Assembly (NCBI GenBank): GCA_020137815.1
Contig: CM035357.1
Coordinates: 372,001 to 436,000, forward strand
From: Hormiphora californensis
Lineage: Eukaryota; Animalia; Ctenophora
Direction: 5' to 3'
DNA length: 64,000 nt
In this document: positions 36,141 to 49,302 of the stretch, in pieces
Layout of the letters: every line of letters starts with the position of its first letter
Position numbering within the stretch: the first letter of the stretch is position 1
Notes under the pieces: model-generated
What the model was told of the DNA's origin: nothing
Seen by the model: the letters and a program-made list of their open reading frames with translations, nothing else
The model's database searches: none
Translations under genes and position numbers: made by a program

Positions 36141-37783
36141 GGCAATTTTGCATTTGCGGGCATCGCACTATAGACGCAGTACCCACGTACTATAGACGCA
36201 TTATAAACGCATTATAAACGCATTATAGACGCATTATAGACACACGCAATATAGACGCAATTTCGTAAGCAGCACTATAGACGCAATATAGACGCATTAT
36301 AACAGCAATATAAACGCATTTTTATAGACGCGACGCAGTATAGCCGCATTATAGGCGCACTACCCACCCCAAAATCACCTTATAGACGCACTATAGACGC
36401 ATTATAGACTGACTATAGCAGCACCATAAACGCTACATAGACCCATATAGACGCATGATAGACGCATTATAGACGCAAATCGCTTTTTATAGACGCCGCG
36501 TCTATAAAAAACGTGCTTTTTTAAGAAGCACTATAGACGTACTCAGACGCACGCTGCCATATTTGAGGCGCAGTTGGGCGAACTATAAACGCATTTTTGT
36601 CGCATATGAAAGGAAGCAGTATAGACGCATTATAGACGCATTATAGACGCATGTGCGCGAAATCGATAAAGACGCAATATAGGGAGAGGGAAAGAGGGAG
36701 GGATACAGAGACAGATCAGACAGAGACAGATGGACACAGATCTGAGACAGACGGACAGAGTAAGAGGGAGGGAGGGAGGGAGGGAGGGAGGGAGGGAGGG
36801 AGGGAGGGAGGGAGGGAGGGAGAGGAGGGAGGGAGGGAGAGGGAAGGAGAGGGAGGGACTGAGGGAGGGGTACAGGGACAGAAACAGACGGATAAAGACC
36901 TGAGACAGAAGGACAGAGTAAGATGGAGAGAGATTAAGATGGAGAGTGGAGAGAGAGAGAGTGAGACAGAGAGGGAGATAGTAAGCGCGTGTTTGTCCGT
37001 CCGTCTGTCTCTGTCCGTTTGTTTCCATCTCTGTCTTTTTCTGTCTCACTCTTTTTATGTCTCACTCCGTCCCTATATCACTATCTTTCCATCTTACTCT
37101 CTTTCCATCTTAATCTGTCCTTCTGTCTCAGGTCTTTATCCGTCTGTTTCTGTCCCTGTACCCCTCCCTCAGTCCCTCCCTCTCCTTCCCTCTCCCTCCC
37201 TCCCTAGTCGCCTCTCTCTCCCTCTCCTTTTTATTTTGCGTCTATATTGCGTCTTTATCGATTTCGCACACATGCGGCTATAATGCGTCTATAATGCGTC
37301 TATACTGCTTCCTTTTATATGCGACAAAAATGCGTTTATAAAACGCCCAACTGCGCCTCAAATATCGCACTGTAGCCTGGAGTACGTCTAAAGTGCTTCT
37401 TTAAAAAGCACGTTTTTTATAGACGCGGCGTCTATAAAAAGCGATTTGCGTCTATAATGCGTCTATCATGCGTCTATATGGGTCTATGTAGCGTTTATGG
37501 TGCTGCTATAGTCAGTCTATAATGCGTCTATAGTGCGTCTATAAGGTGATTTTGGGGTGGGTAGTGCGCTTATAATGCGGCTATACTGCGTCGCGTCTAT
37601 AAAAATGCGTTTATATTGCTGTTATAATGCGTCTATATTGCGTCTATAGTGCTGCTTACGAAATTGCGTCTATATTGCGTGTGTCTATAATGCGTCTATA
37701 ATGCGTTTATAATGCGTTTATAATGCGTCTATAGTACGTGGGTACTGCGTCTATAGTGCGATGCCCGCAAATGCAAAATTGCC
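36141..37783. mobile_element. Foldback/Mutator-like element, 1.64-kb quasi-palindrome
   Basis: ~540-bp near-perfect TIRs built from tatagacgca subrepeats; GG termini; 9-bp TSD gattaatca at 36132-36140 and 37784-37792. Confidence 0.93.
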
Positions 37784-38005
37784 GATTAATCATTTGAAGC
37801 TTCTAAATCCAGTCTCGGGGAAATTTCCGCTGTCATACCTTAATTTAGGTTAATCAAGAGAGTGGATTACGATTGTCTGATTCATCTTTATTTGTAAGAT
37901 TTGTAAGTTTTGTAAGAATTTAAGATTAATTGGGAATGTCTTTCTTTCTTATAGCTTAGGAAAGAGTATGCACTAAGAACCGCTTTTCAAATATTTAGCA
38001 GCTGA

Positions 38006-38661
38006 GGGGGACCACATACAGCACTGTACTGAAATTCGCACCGCCGTATGTGGTGCCTCTAACTTCAGTTCTCACTAGCACATACAACACTTTCGGTGCA
38101 AACTCCAGTACGCACTGCCGTATGTGGTGCCTCTTACTGATAAATATCGGTGGGACTATCAGTACACAATCTCACGTGAGCTTAACTCAGAAAAGATCAG
38201 TACGGTGCTGTATGTGCTCTTCGTACTGAACTGAAAGGTCACGTGGGGGTCACGTGCGCGCACTAGCCAATGACAGACCTGCATCTCACAATACACACAC
38301 ACACCCACACCACAGCAACCAATAAGAGGCGCACGCACTCTCACTACGACAGAAAGGGCCACACCTAGAACAAGGGCGAGATTATCCGACATATCGAGAA
38401 AATATGTGCTGCAATCTGGAAAGATAAGAGAGAGATAAGTGGAGATAAACATAACAAGAGAGAGAAAAGCGAGGTAGAGAGAGTTCGGTATTAGTGAGAG
38501 GAAGATATTTCACAAAAAATTACGTGTTTTTAGCTTGTTTTGAAGGTTTTTTATTGATTGTTCAGTAAGAGGCACCACATACACTCACTGTACTGAAGTT
38601 TCCACCGACAGTATGTGGTGCGACGTTCTGGAGTTCGCACCGGTGCTGTATGTGGTCCCCC
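38006..38661. mobile_element. PIF/Harbinger-like MITE
   Basis: TIR gggggaccacatacagcac / gtgctgtatgtggtccccc; flanks tga/tta (imperfect TNA). Confidence 0.65.
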
Positions 38662-39499
38662 TTAGGTTACCCCTCAACAAGGGAACTCCTCTGATTGGCA
38701 GCTGCTGCTAATTATCGACCTTTAATAACACCGGTGTAGGAGTAAGAAAATCTGTTTGTTTTCCAAATCATATTGGATCGATATAATAGTTGTGGGTACA
38801 GTTGCAGTGTACTATACTGCACTCAGATATATTCAACATTATATTGTCGACGCCAGGAAGTCTGAATAGACGTGATCCCTCTCTTGTATACAGATACGTA
38901 TCAGTCGCTTCAACGGCACACTATGAGAAAGGGAGTCATTGAGTCAATTATCTGCAGTTAGCGCCGCTTGAACGCCATTCTGGTTTCTGCAGGTCGTAAC
39001 ATCACGCACGAATCAGGAAATACTGGTCCCTGATTGGCTGATAACCAGTCACGTGACCTAAATAACGAGTCCTGATTGGTTGTTTACTAGTGAACGCCAT
39101 TCTGGGCTGTAACATCACGCACACTGCTCTCTCCAATGCACACTCCCTTCAGCACGGTTCTCATTCACAAGCTGTCCCTCTTTCTATTAGACCTCATTGA
39201 TCATACTTGCATCGTTTATCATAAGTAACATATGAACTTAGGACAGGATCCCTAAGAGTGGACATAAAATTGCAGACGTATTGCAGTATGTAAGAGCCGA
39301 ATTTCTTAACTACATTTACCTACTGGGTCATGTTTGTGCGAAGAATTAATTCCATAATTTCCACAAAGAAAGGGAAGTAATTTTGATATCTCCTTCTGGT
39401 GATCAACACACACGCCCTCTGTACAACAGTTTAATGGGGAATCTCTCATATACACGGGCAGAACTCGGTTAAGGAGAGATTAATTAGTATTCTGAATAA

Positions 39500-40392
39500 C
39501 AGGAAGCGACCGAATATTCGGTTCGGTTCGGTTCGGTTCGGTAGGAAATTTTGGCCGAACCACCGAATTTTTTGGTCAAAAAATGCCCAGAAATCGGGCT
39601 TTTTCATGCAAAATTTTTCAATTATTTCACGAAAATTGTATGGATTTCAATGTCAATTTCGCCGTATTAACCCTATTTCGAATCGGTGGTGCTATGTGGA
39701 AATGATTTCGCTAGTTAGCGGGTTCGATATGGATTGATTTGATACCTGACTTCCCGTCGAATCGTGTCCTCATGAGAGGGTCAACAAATTCAGAAACTTT
39801 TTTTTTCAAAAAATTCATCGATCAAGGTGTTAAGAATCATTACCTGAAATTTTGTGAAATTTTTTTTGTGAAAAATATTTTAAGTAAATTATGGTATACG
39901 AATCGTGTTTCTAATCGACAATGCTAAACGGGAGTGATGTTAGTAATTAGTGGGTCCGAGATGGATTGTGCTGATACGTGATCCCCCATCAAATCTAATT
40001 AGGAAATTTAGAGAGACACGATTCATGGTTCGTTTAATCCTGCTAATTAGCAATACCATTCCCGTATAGCATTGCCGATTCGAAACACGATTCGTACGCA
40101 AAAATTGACATAGAAAATTTACGATAAAATTGACTTTGAAAATTTTTTCACAAAATTGACTCTGAAATTTTTTCAAACATTTTTTAACAAAATTTCAGAG
40201 AATGATTCTCAATACCTTGATCGGTGCTCTCCATGACTTTTTAGAGAAACATTTATACAGAAAAAGTTTTGTATGGTTCGGTTCGGTTCGGTTACCGAAA
40301 TTCGGTTCGGTTCGGTTCGGTTCGGTAAAAAAGTTTTTCAAATTCGGTTCGGTTCGGTTCGGTGGAAAAAAACCCGGTTCGGTCGTTTCCTG
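39500..40392. mobile_element. hAT-type non-autonomous element
   Basis: TIR caggaagcgaccgaa / ttcggtcgtttcctg; 8-bp TSD ctgaataa; subterminal (GGTTC)n arrays. Confidence 0.9.
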
Positions 40393-42971
40393 CTGAATAA
40401 TGAGTTCAGAGCAAGAATTAATTAGGGAAGAAAATCGAAAAATCCGAAAGAAGTTTGTTATTTCTCATACAGGAAAATTATATGGCCTGTTTTCAGAAAA
40501 TGTAACTCTCTCACCGTATTTTATTCCATAAAAGTACGGTATGTGGTATGAATAAAGAGCATCCCACGGGAGACGTTTTGTTAGTGTGTGCAATTGCGCT
40601 CATGTTGAGTGACTCATGCTTGCACTTGCAAGTGTAAGCATTGAGAGGCGCTTACACCTAGTAAACTAGATGTGTTCTATCGAAGCTTTAACACATGTTG
40701 TCGAGACTGTCTCGAGTGTTCGAACATTATTACATTACATTACACGCCTGTCACATAGTATTTGTTGAACCCTCACAGAGCGGTGTGAGCTATATACAAC
40801 ATATTTTGAAGCCATCATGTGTTTTGAATTTTCAGGTTAAGTACTGAATCAGCTGTACTACTCATATTGGTAATACTGTATTAAAAGGTTACATGTTTTG
40901 TCAATAGTAGTGTACCATCACAACTAGGACAATTCAAATATCTTGACGTCGTGACTCGTGATCTGAGTCCATGGAGTTGTGAATCTCCTGGCAGGAGAAT
41001 ATTCTATTTCTTTTATATAGAAGAAAAGGCAGCTGGGATATCATAGTTAATTAAAAAGATTGAAGGAACAAATATATCACGTTCCGTTTGCGGCAATTAT
41101 TATTCAGAGAGGAGTTCTATCAGATATTCAGCATAGAATTGCGATTAAAATTATACTGAACAACCAATAGCTATTTCTTCATTATAATTTGGAACTGGAT
41201 AATTCGATGTAAAAATTGTTGTTTCAGTGCGTAATTGGTGAGCAGAGTGCTTTAGAATAAATCTCCATTAAACTAATTTCGCATTCACCGATTGAATTAT
41301 GATCTGTGACAGACCAATAATTCGTTAAATAATTAAGTTGAAAATTATATAAAAGATTATGTTGTTTCCTTCTTCAGTTTGCGGCAGCACACTTAAACAG
41401 TTAAACACGAGTTAAACGGTCGTCCATTATCTTGTCTCACGTGTATATCGATTATATCTTGTCTTAAAAGGGATTAGGGTAGTCATGTCAGTATGTCAGT
41501 ATGTCAGTATGTCACTGTACTGTTAACATGTCTACTTTGTCTACTACTTGTACTGACATTTGACAATGATCTACTCCCCCTTCTAGTTCATTGTTCAGTA
41601 ATTCAAGTTGCAGCTCTCAGGTAGCTCCAGCTCTGATAGATATACGTATATCATATAGCTACTCGTACAAGTATGAATTAGACAATAGAATTACTGGTAT
41701 AGTACCCATGGGTATCCTAGTGGTATGTAATTCTATAGGGTCTGGTACAAACTCAATCCCTTGCGGGATGAACTAGTGCATCTATAAAGTGTATCCTATA
41801 CACCTCAATTTAAGTTCACCAAATCCCTTGTGACCTCAATTTTAATTCGATATCATACACTTGTAAACGAAATCACTGTACTTAAACGCTAGCTTGTATC
41901 TCTCTGTCTATCTATAACTGCTCGAATCTGCAGATATAAAGAAGATTTAGATTTAATTGCTATAATAGACAAACGACTCTCTACAAATTTGGCTTCTAAT
42001 CATATGCATGTGTAAGAGCTATACTGTTCAGTAACTGTCGCCCCGGAAGATGCCAATGCCCGATATCAAAGTTATTCAAAGTTGCCATTGAATTTATTGA
42101 ACAGTTAGCTTGAAAGTATAGGTCATCACAGCTGTCAGAGCATTGGTCTGACAGGTCATATCATAGTTCGAAGCTATTTGCTGCTATATCATCCAAATGT
42201 TCCAAATGATTTTCTATCGTTTAACAGATAAGATCTTTTCCTTAGACTTTTTTTCTGGAAATCTTGGATAGGACGATTTTGAAAATCGCGATTTTTGATC
42301 CTACAATAATTTTTGTCAAAGTTAAAGTCTTTGTTCTTTTAGTACATTTGTAGCCACAATCCAGTTAATGTGAATATTCATGTGCTTGGAGATATCCAGT
42401 AATGATAATTGACATGCATAACCTTTTAATAACCTGACTTGAATACAATTAGCCAATTGAATATGTTCAAATACGAACACAAGTGTCAGGCGTCTCAACT
42501 GTCAAGCCAATGCTCTGACCATAGTTCTCGCGCCCTTTGATAGTGTCTCAATGAATATATTCACCGTGCCGCTATTTCCTTTATGTCGTTGGACCTAACT
42601 TTCACAAATGTCACATTTACCCTAACTACTCTCATTATACTCCTCGCTCTCGTACCTTTTACCTACATAGAATTTCATTATTTTCTCCATTGTTATTTTC
42701 CTTGCAGTAGTTTGTAGAACTGAGAATTATTGCTTTGGGGAATTTTATTATTTTCTAGATGTGACAATATTTCAATGGGGTATTATTATAATACTGCACG
42801 GGGTCCCCATTGTTATTAATTTCCTTGCAGTAGTTTGTAGAGCTGAGAATCTATTATATATGTAATCCATTAACATTTTAACACGTCCATCTTGTCTGTC
42901 TATTATAGCACATAATGGAAAGTACTTACTGGAAACCACTCATTCCATCCCATTAACACCCAATAGCATAT

Positions 42972-45900
42972 ATGGAAAGTTCAGCTGGTAACCACTCTTG
43001 GCTAACAAGGAACCTCAATTACACCTCCCTCAATGATGTACTATACTGGCCCCCACTTGAACAGGTTCTTGGTGCCTCTTACTACACCTTCATAATGCTT
43101 CTAGGGTGTTTTGGTGAGTTGTTAATTAATTGATTATTTGTTTTGGTGAGTTGTTAATAGATTAACTGATTATTGTGTATTAATTAACCCTTTTTGATGT
43201 CATGATTTGAACAATTGTTTTGCAGTCACAACTACAGTTAAACTTGTAAACTGTTTGGAATAAATTCAGTTGTAGAATTAACGAATAGTGTCTGACGGTG
43301 TATAAGGTCCAAATGAGGCACGGAGCTTTTCTGAATCAGGTTTTCAAGACGAATCCAACGCAACCGGAATTAGCTTTCTATCTTATCGGGAAGGTTCGGT
43401 TCACACACACTCATTTTTGGTCATTTTTGCGGCGCGAGCCAATCAGAGGCCAGAATTTCGAAATCCAGCCCTCTGATTGGCTCGCGCGGCTAAAAATGAA
43501 AAAAGTGAACCACACCTTCCCGATAAGATAGAAAGCTAATTCCGGTTGCGTTGGATTCGTCTTGAAAAGCTGATTCAGAAAAACTCCGTGCCTCATTTGG
43601 ACCTTATACACCGTCAGACACTATTAACGAAATACTGTAGTTACCAATCTATCCTATTAGACTATGCAGCTGCAGTAGTTTCCATGCTCTCTCTCAGCTG
43701 CAAATTTCTCAACTTTTTGATGACGTCAGAAGATTAAACCCCCCTTTAAAACAAAGTTCTAGTTCTAAGACTTCTTGAGAACTATACTGAAGGTTATCTG
43801 CCATATCCCCGATAAAATATTATAAAGCATATTAGAACCCCTATAGCAATTTGCCTTGTCAAGACAGATAGGTTAGGTTGTATGCCAAGCCACACCCAAG
43901 CTTTAATAACTATGTTTTAAGGCCCTAAAATATAGTTATTAAAGCTCTTGGGTGTGGCTTGGCAGTATACTCTACAACCAACCTACCTGAGAGAACTCTA
44001 ATCTACCAGACCTGACATTTGACAGTTAAGAAAGTCCGTTAAGGTCAAATCACCCCACTCATCCCATCCCCCGCTAAACTGCCTAACTAAACGGCCAGCC
44101 ATATAAAATATTAAAATGGCTTAAAGCCAATATTGCACTGATTGATTATGAAGAGGTTAAACTGTAAAACTAGCAAATCCTCGAAAACTCCTTTGGTAAT
44201 TCTGATTAAGCCAAAGCATACAGGTGGCATACAGGTGCAGCAGTCTGAGCTAGTAAACCACACCCGCCGTGCTCAAACTCTAATTTAACTTTTAATTTAA
44301 CCATTTCATTTCTGTATATAACTCATTTAATCTCAGAACGATAAAAATTTAACCATGTCTCCCAATGCAACCATGGCCTGGTAACCATGGTAATCTTGGT
44401 AACCATGGTAACCATGTATCACAATGTAACCATGTCTCTCCCTCAGGAAACGTGTTTATCATAGTGGCGACCCACAAAGTGAAAGCGATCTTCAGCGGAT
44501 CTCAGGACACTACTAATCATCAAGTACCTTGCAATAATCGACCTCCTGTCCTCCATCCTTCTCTATCCCAACTTCATCTACCTAGTCTCGGTGGGACATT
44601 ACAACCTCCCACCCTCTTACTGCATCCTACTTGGGATCTGGGAGATATACTTTCCCACCACATCTACCTTCCTAGTGCTGGTACTGGTAGCCTTCAAAGT
44701 GGATATGTTGCGGAATCCGTTCAGCTCACTAAATCACAACAGAGTTAAAACTCATATAATCTGTGTGATAACCTGTCTGTCTGGGGTCATTATCCCATCT
44801 GCACCCGTATACGGACTTGCTACGATGATATACGATCCAAAACGCCAGACATGCACCTTCGATTTCTATCCAGACTGGTATGAGGAACCTGCAAAATGTG
44901 TGTTTGTGTCCAGTGCAGTGTTTTTCTGTTGCGTGGCTCCCCTTGCAGCTATCACGGCTCTCAGTGTAGCGATTGTAGTGAAGGTCAAGGAGAGGACCAA
45001 GAAAATGGCACTGCAGAACGGGAAGGATGGGACTACACCGAACAAGGTAAAATTACTGCTTGGTAACCACATGGTAACCATGGTAACTAGTAACCATAGT
45101 TACACAGTTGATTCCTTGCAATGGCTGTCTTCAAATTTTTACTTTCGTCCAATTTTCTGTCGTAGAGTTAAAAATATTTTAACGACTTAACTTAAGCTGC
45201 TAGACGAATTAAGTGACCCTTCCCTAAAAACACAAAATTGATTCTAACCCCTCTTCCAATTCAGTCCGCCACAAAATCTATAAAAGTGGTTCTAACCCCC
45301 CTCTCCCTTTTTCAGTCCGCCACAAAATCTATAAAAGTGGTTCTAACCCCCCTCTCCCTTTTTCAGTCCGCCACAAAATCTATAAAAGTGGTTCTAACCC
45401 CCCCCCCCTCCCCCATAAAAAAAGTCGCTTGGCAAATTCCCTCGTCGCTCGGCAATTGGTTCGGCAACAACAGGTGGTTTGCCGAGCCAGTCGCTCGGCT
45501 AATCAAGGAAGTCGCCGTGTTTTCACCGCGTTCTTACAGAAAAAGTACATTTTTTCAGCACTTTTTTTCAAAATCTCCTGCTGAAAAATACAAAGTGCTG
45601 AAAAAATGTGCTTTTTCTGTAAGAACGCGGTGAAATCACGGAGACTTCCTTGATTAGCCGAGCGACTGGCTCGGCAAACCACCTGTTGTTGCCGAACCAA
45701 TTGCCGAGCGACGAGGGAATTTGCCAAGCGACTTTTTTATGGGGGCTCTCCCTCCCAGTCCGCTACAAAATCTATAAAAGTGGTGCTGATGGTAGTCCTG
45801 GCGTATGCAATAACGTGGGCACCATTCTTCTTTGCATTCACATGCATGCCTTTATCATGAGGACTGAAATCCCCGTTCCAAGGTAAATAATACAGTCGGA

Positions 45901-48900
45901 CTAAAATCCCAATTATCAATTTCATGGAAACATTGATTTTAAACATTGCAATGTAAAACTATTATTTTGCATTCTGAAATTCTGAAATTTTCCCATGTGG
46001 TCGCTATTGATATATTAGTTTGCATAATGCAAATTCAATTTTGCCGACTGAATAATTAAATTATGTCGAGGTAGTAGGTTGTTGAATATTAACTCCCTGA
46101 TGAAAAGCTTTTCTAATTGCAATTAGACAATTTTGACCGGTTATCTAAGTTTTCACAGTACACCATTTCCGGTGGTCTAACCACTTAGACCACCGGTTAC
46201 AGTGTACTGTGAAAACTTAGACCACTGCAAAAACACTAGTAATTATAAAGTAAAATACCGTTGCAGTGGCTATTGGTATGTGAAAAAAAATCGTTAGACA
46301 CTGTCTAGTCTAGTCACACCGCACACAGGAGGGTGAACATTACGTCATACACAGTTACACACCAGCCCTAACTGACTGCACAGGGCACACCGCCCCTAAA
46401 AAAAAAACCCTTGTTAAATCCTTTCTTCCCTTGCAAACTATAGGTCACGTGATGAAGAAGTACGTGGTGGGATGGGAACCAAACAAAAAATGAGAGGAAG
46501 GGAAGCATGAGGGACAGAGCGGGGGAAGGAGAGAGAGAGGGGAAAGAGTAGGAGGAGAAGACGAGAGAGATATCGCAGAGAGAGAGGAGAGAGAGAGAAG
46601 CAGAGCGAGAGGATGATAGAGCGAGAAAGAAGTAGCATGTAGTCAGGATGTAGCTATATATATATCTATATATCTGCGAATAATACTCTTATTAGATGAA
46701 GATATAATACTATCATTAGTATAGTAATTAGTCAGATAGATATTATTATAGAGATTATTATCGGAGTAAGACGACCATCAGATAATATATGAGAAGATCT
46801 CTTATAGAGATCGACGTATAGGAAATATATATGACGAAGAGATCGAGAAGTATATATATAGAAGATATATAAGAGATATAGTATTCCTATATATATAGAT
46901 AGATATAGATCGATATAGCATATAGCTGCTATTAGATATAGGATCTAGTCGAGAGAATATTATAGATGATTAGCGAGCTATAGTAATGAGAGATTATCGA
47001 ATGAGATATCTCTATAGATCGTCGCTAGATAGCTAGGCAGCTCTATCTCTCGCAGATCTCTATCTAGAGATCCTATATATATATATCTCTAGTATGACTC
47101 TCTCGAACACGATCTCATCTATATCTATATCTCTATATATCTCTCTCTCTCTCTATCTCCTCTAGCTCTACTCTCTATCTCTCACACACAAACCAATTAT
47201 CTTTCTCTCTCTCTCTCCTATATATATCTCCTCATCTCGTGATTCTATATATCTCTCTCTCTCTCTGTATCGATATCTATCTCTCTCTCTCCTCTCTCTC
47301 TCCGAGTCCCGACAAGCACAACGACACGCAGGGGGCCGCTCTTCGTCTCTATCATATCTTCAGCTCTGTCGCGATATATCCTATCGTTATCGCGATATCT
47401 CTCTCTCTTCTCGTCATAGCTCTCTCTCTCTCTCTCTCTCTCTCTCACTACTCTCTCTCTCTCTCACTCAATCTTTATCTCGTTCACTCAGTTTGTTTCC
47501 AAAATCATCTAATAAAATTAGATGACTGCTTTTACATGCTCTATTACACAACAATAATGTTAAAGATTCTTTCACTTTTAGGCCTCGCAGGCTCGGCCCA
47601 AAAGAACAACTACAGAGCTCGCAGGCTCGCTCAGTAGTTATACTTAGCGTGCCTCGCAGGCTCGGCAGGTAAGTAAAAGGATATACCTCGACCTATCGGT
47701 CTCGGTTCATTATTGTTGTATTTAGAACACTCGGCCTTCGGCCTCGTGCACTAAATAGTAATAGACAATTCTAACCAGTCATCTAATCATATATGAGCCA
47801 CAGGAGACAAGATCATTCCGTTTATCTTGATAATTTTCAGTGAATATAAAACCTCATAATCCCAGTTCGATAGAAGAGAAACATAGTGTTGTGGAGTATA
47901 ATAGCTGCATATTATTAAAATATTAGAATTTTCAATAGAAATATAATGAGAATATTGCACAGAGATAACTTGTTAGGGTTTATCGTAAAATAGTAAGCGA
48001 AGAACACGTCCACATTAACCCATTGCATACTCGTTATCACTTATCCCCCTCCCCCCAAAAAACACCACTGTTTTAACCTACCGCATCCGTTATCCCCCCC
48101 CCCCCACTACCACTGTGTTCTCCCCTCGGCCTCAGGGTTACTTAATAACTTATCCCCCTTCCTCTCAGGAGTGTGGTATTCTGGGCTAAAGCATCTCTCA
48201 TGACGAACCAGGCCCCCTCAGAGTTAAACACCCCTTTTATTCCCCTAAAATACCTAAAATACCGCTTCCTCAGGAGTACCAATGTATATTACCACACTAT
48301 TCCCCCTCAGGAGTGTGGTATTCTGGGCTAAAGCACACTAATACACAATTCCCCCTTCCTCTCAGGAGTGTGGTATTCTGGGCTAAAGCACACTAATACA
48401 CAATTCCCCCTTCCTCTCAGGAGTGTGGTATTCTGGGCTAAAGCACACTAATACACAATTCCCCCTTCCTCTCAGGAGTGTGGTATTCTGGGCTAAAGCA
48501 CACTAATACACAATTCCTCCTTCCTCTCAGGAGTGTGGTATTCTGGGCTAAAGCATCTCTGATGACGAACCAAGCAGTTAACCCCATTGTGTATATCTAC
48601 TCTAACACTTTGATCCAGAAATATTTTGTGAGGGATGTCCTCCCTCCCTGTTTATCTCGACTCTTCTTCCCTTCGGTACCTCTTATTTCGACCAACACCC
48701 AGGCTTTCACTAGTCGCGCAGGTGCTGCCCTGATAAACGATCACAAACCTGTGGGGAGAGAGGGTCGAACAAGCCAGGGTGCAAGGAGGGCGGTAGGAAA
48801 GGTGGTTAGAAGAATGTCGAGAGTGATTCAGAATAGTACTGGTAGCAATGTGACTAACACTGTCAATGTCAGCAGTGTGGCTAGTGAACTTGATCATTTT

Positions 48901-49302
48901 GAGAAGGAACACCCAACAGTTCAACAGTTTGGGTTGAGTGCTGTTGTTCCAGCTGATGAACACCCAACAGTTCAACAGTTTGGGTTGAGTGCTGTTGTCC
49001 CAGTAGATGAACATCCAACGGTACAACTGTTTGGGTTGAGTGCTGTTGTTCCAGGTGATGAACACCCAACAGTTCAACAGTTTGGGTTGAGTGCTGTTGT
49101 TCCAGAAGATGAACATCCTATTCAACAGTTTGGGTTGAGTGCTGTTGTTCCAGGTGATGAACACCCAACAGTTCAACAGTTTGGGTTGAGTGCTGTTGTT
49201 CCAGGTGATGAACACCCAACAGTACAACAGTTTGGTGTTGTTGTCCCAGCTGAAAGTGCCGATGACAAGTTGCCAGTCGATGATAAATATGAGGATCAGT
49301 GA
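42972..49302 (+). CDS. Four-exon class A GPCR (42972-43113, 44447-45046, 45759-45882, 48531-49302) with two apparent 1-nt frameshifts (pseudogene or consensus error)
   Basis: MESSAGNHSW..LLGCF G|NVFII; YLAIID; TWAPFF; NPIVY; GT-AG junctions. One extra base near 44490 and one missing base near 45840 must be corrected for a continuous frame. Confidence 0.8.
43286..43623. mobile_element. Palindromic hAT-like MITE in GPCR intron 1
   Basis: 338-bp near-perfect palindrome starting tagtgtctgacgg; 8-bp TSD ttaacgaa at 43278-43285 and 43624-43631. Confidence 0.92.
45411..45745. mobile_element. Palindromic MITE just upstream of the GPCR exon 3 acceptor
   Basis: ~160-bp arms ccccataaaaaaagtcgcttggcaaattccctcg / cgagggaatttgccaagcgacttttttatgggg. 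Confidence 0.85.
46490..47470. repeat. Degenerate AG/AT/CT low-complexity tract, purine-rich left half and pyrimidine-rich right half
   Basis: Noisy dinucleotide-like sequence with strand-asymmetric halves; may be a poorly resolved foldback. Confidence 0.7.
48907..49253 (+). repeat. 51-bp coding minisatellite (EHPTVQQFGLSAVVPxD, ~7 copies) in the GPCR tail
   Basis: Visible in DNA and in translation; length variants keep the frame. Confidence 0.95.

Noticed and set aside
46490-47470. Novel dinucleotide-coded structure
   Set aside because: Irregular pattern typical of poorly resolved microsatellite consensus; no consistent unit can be supported.
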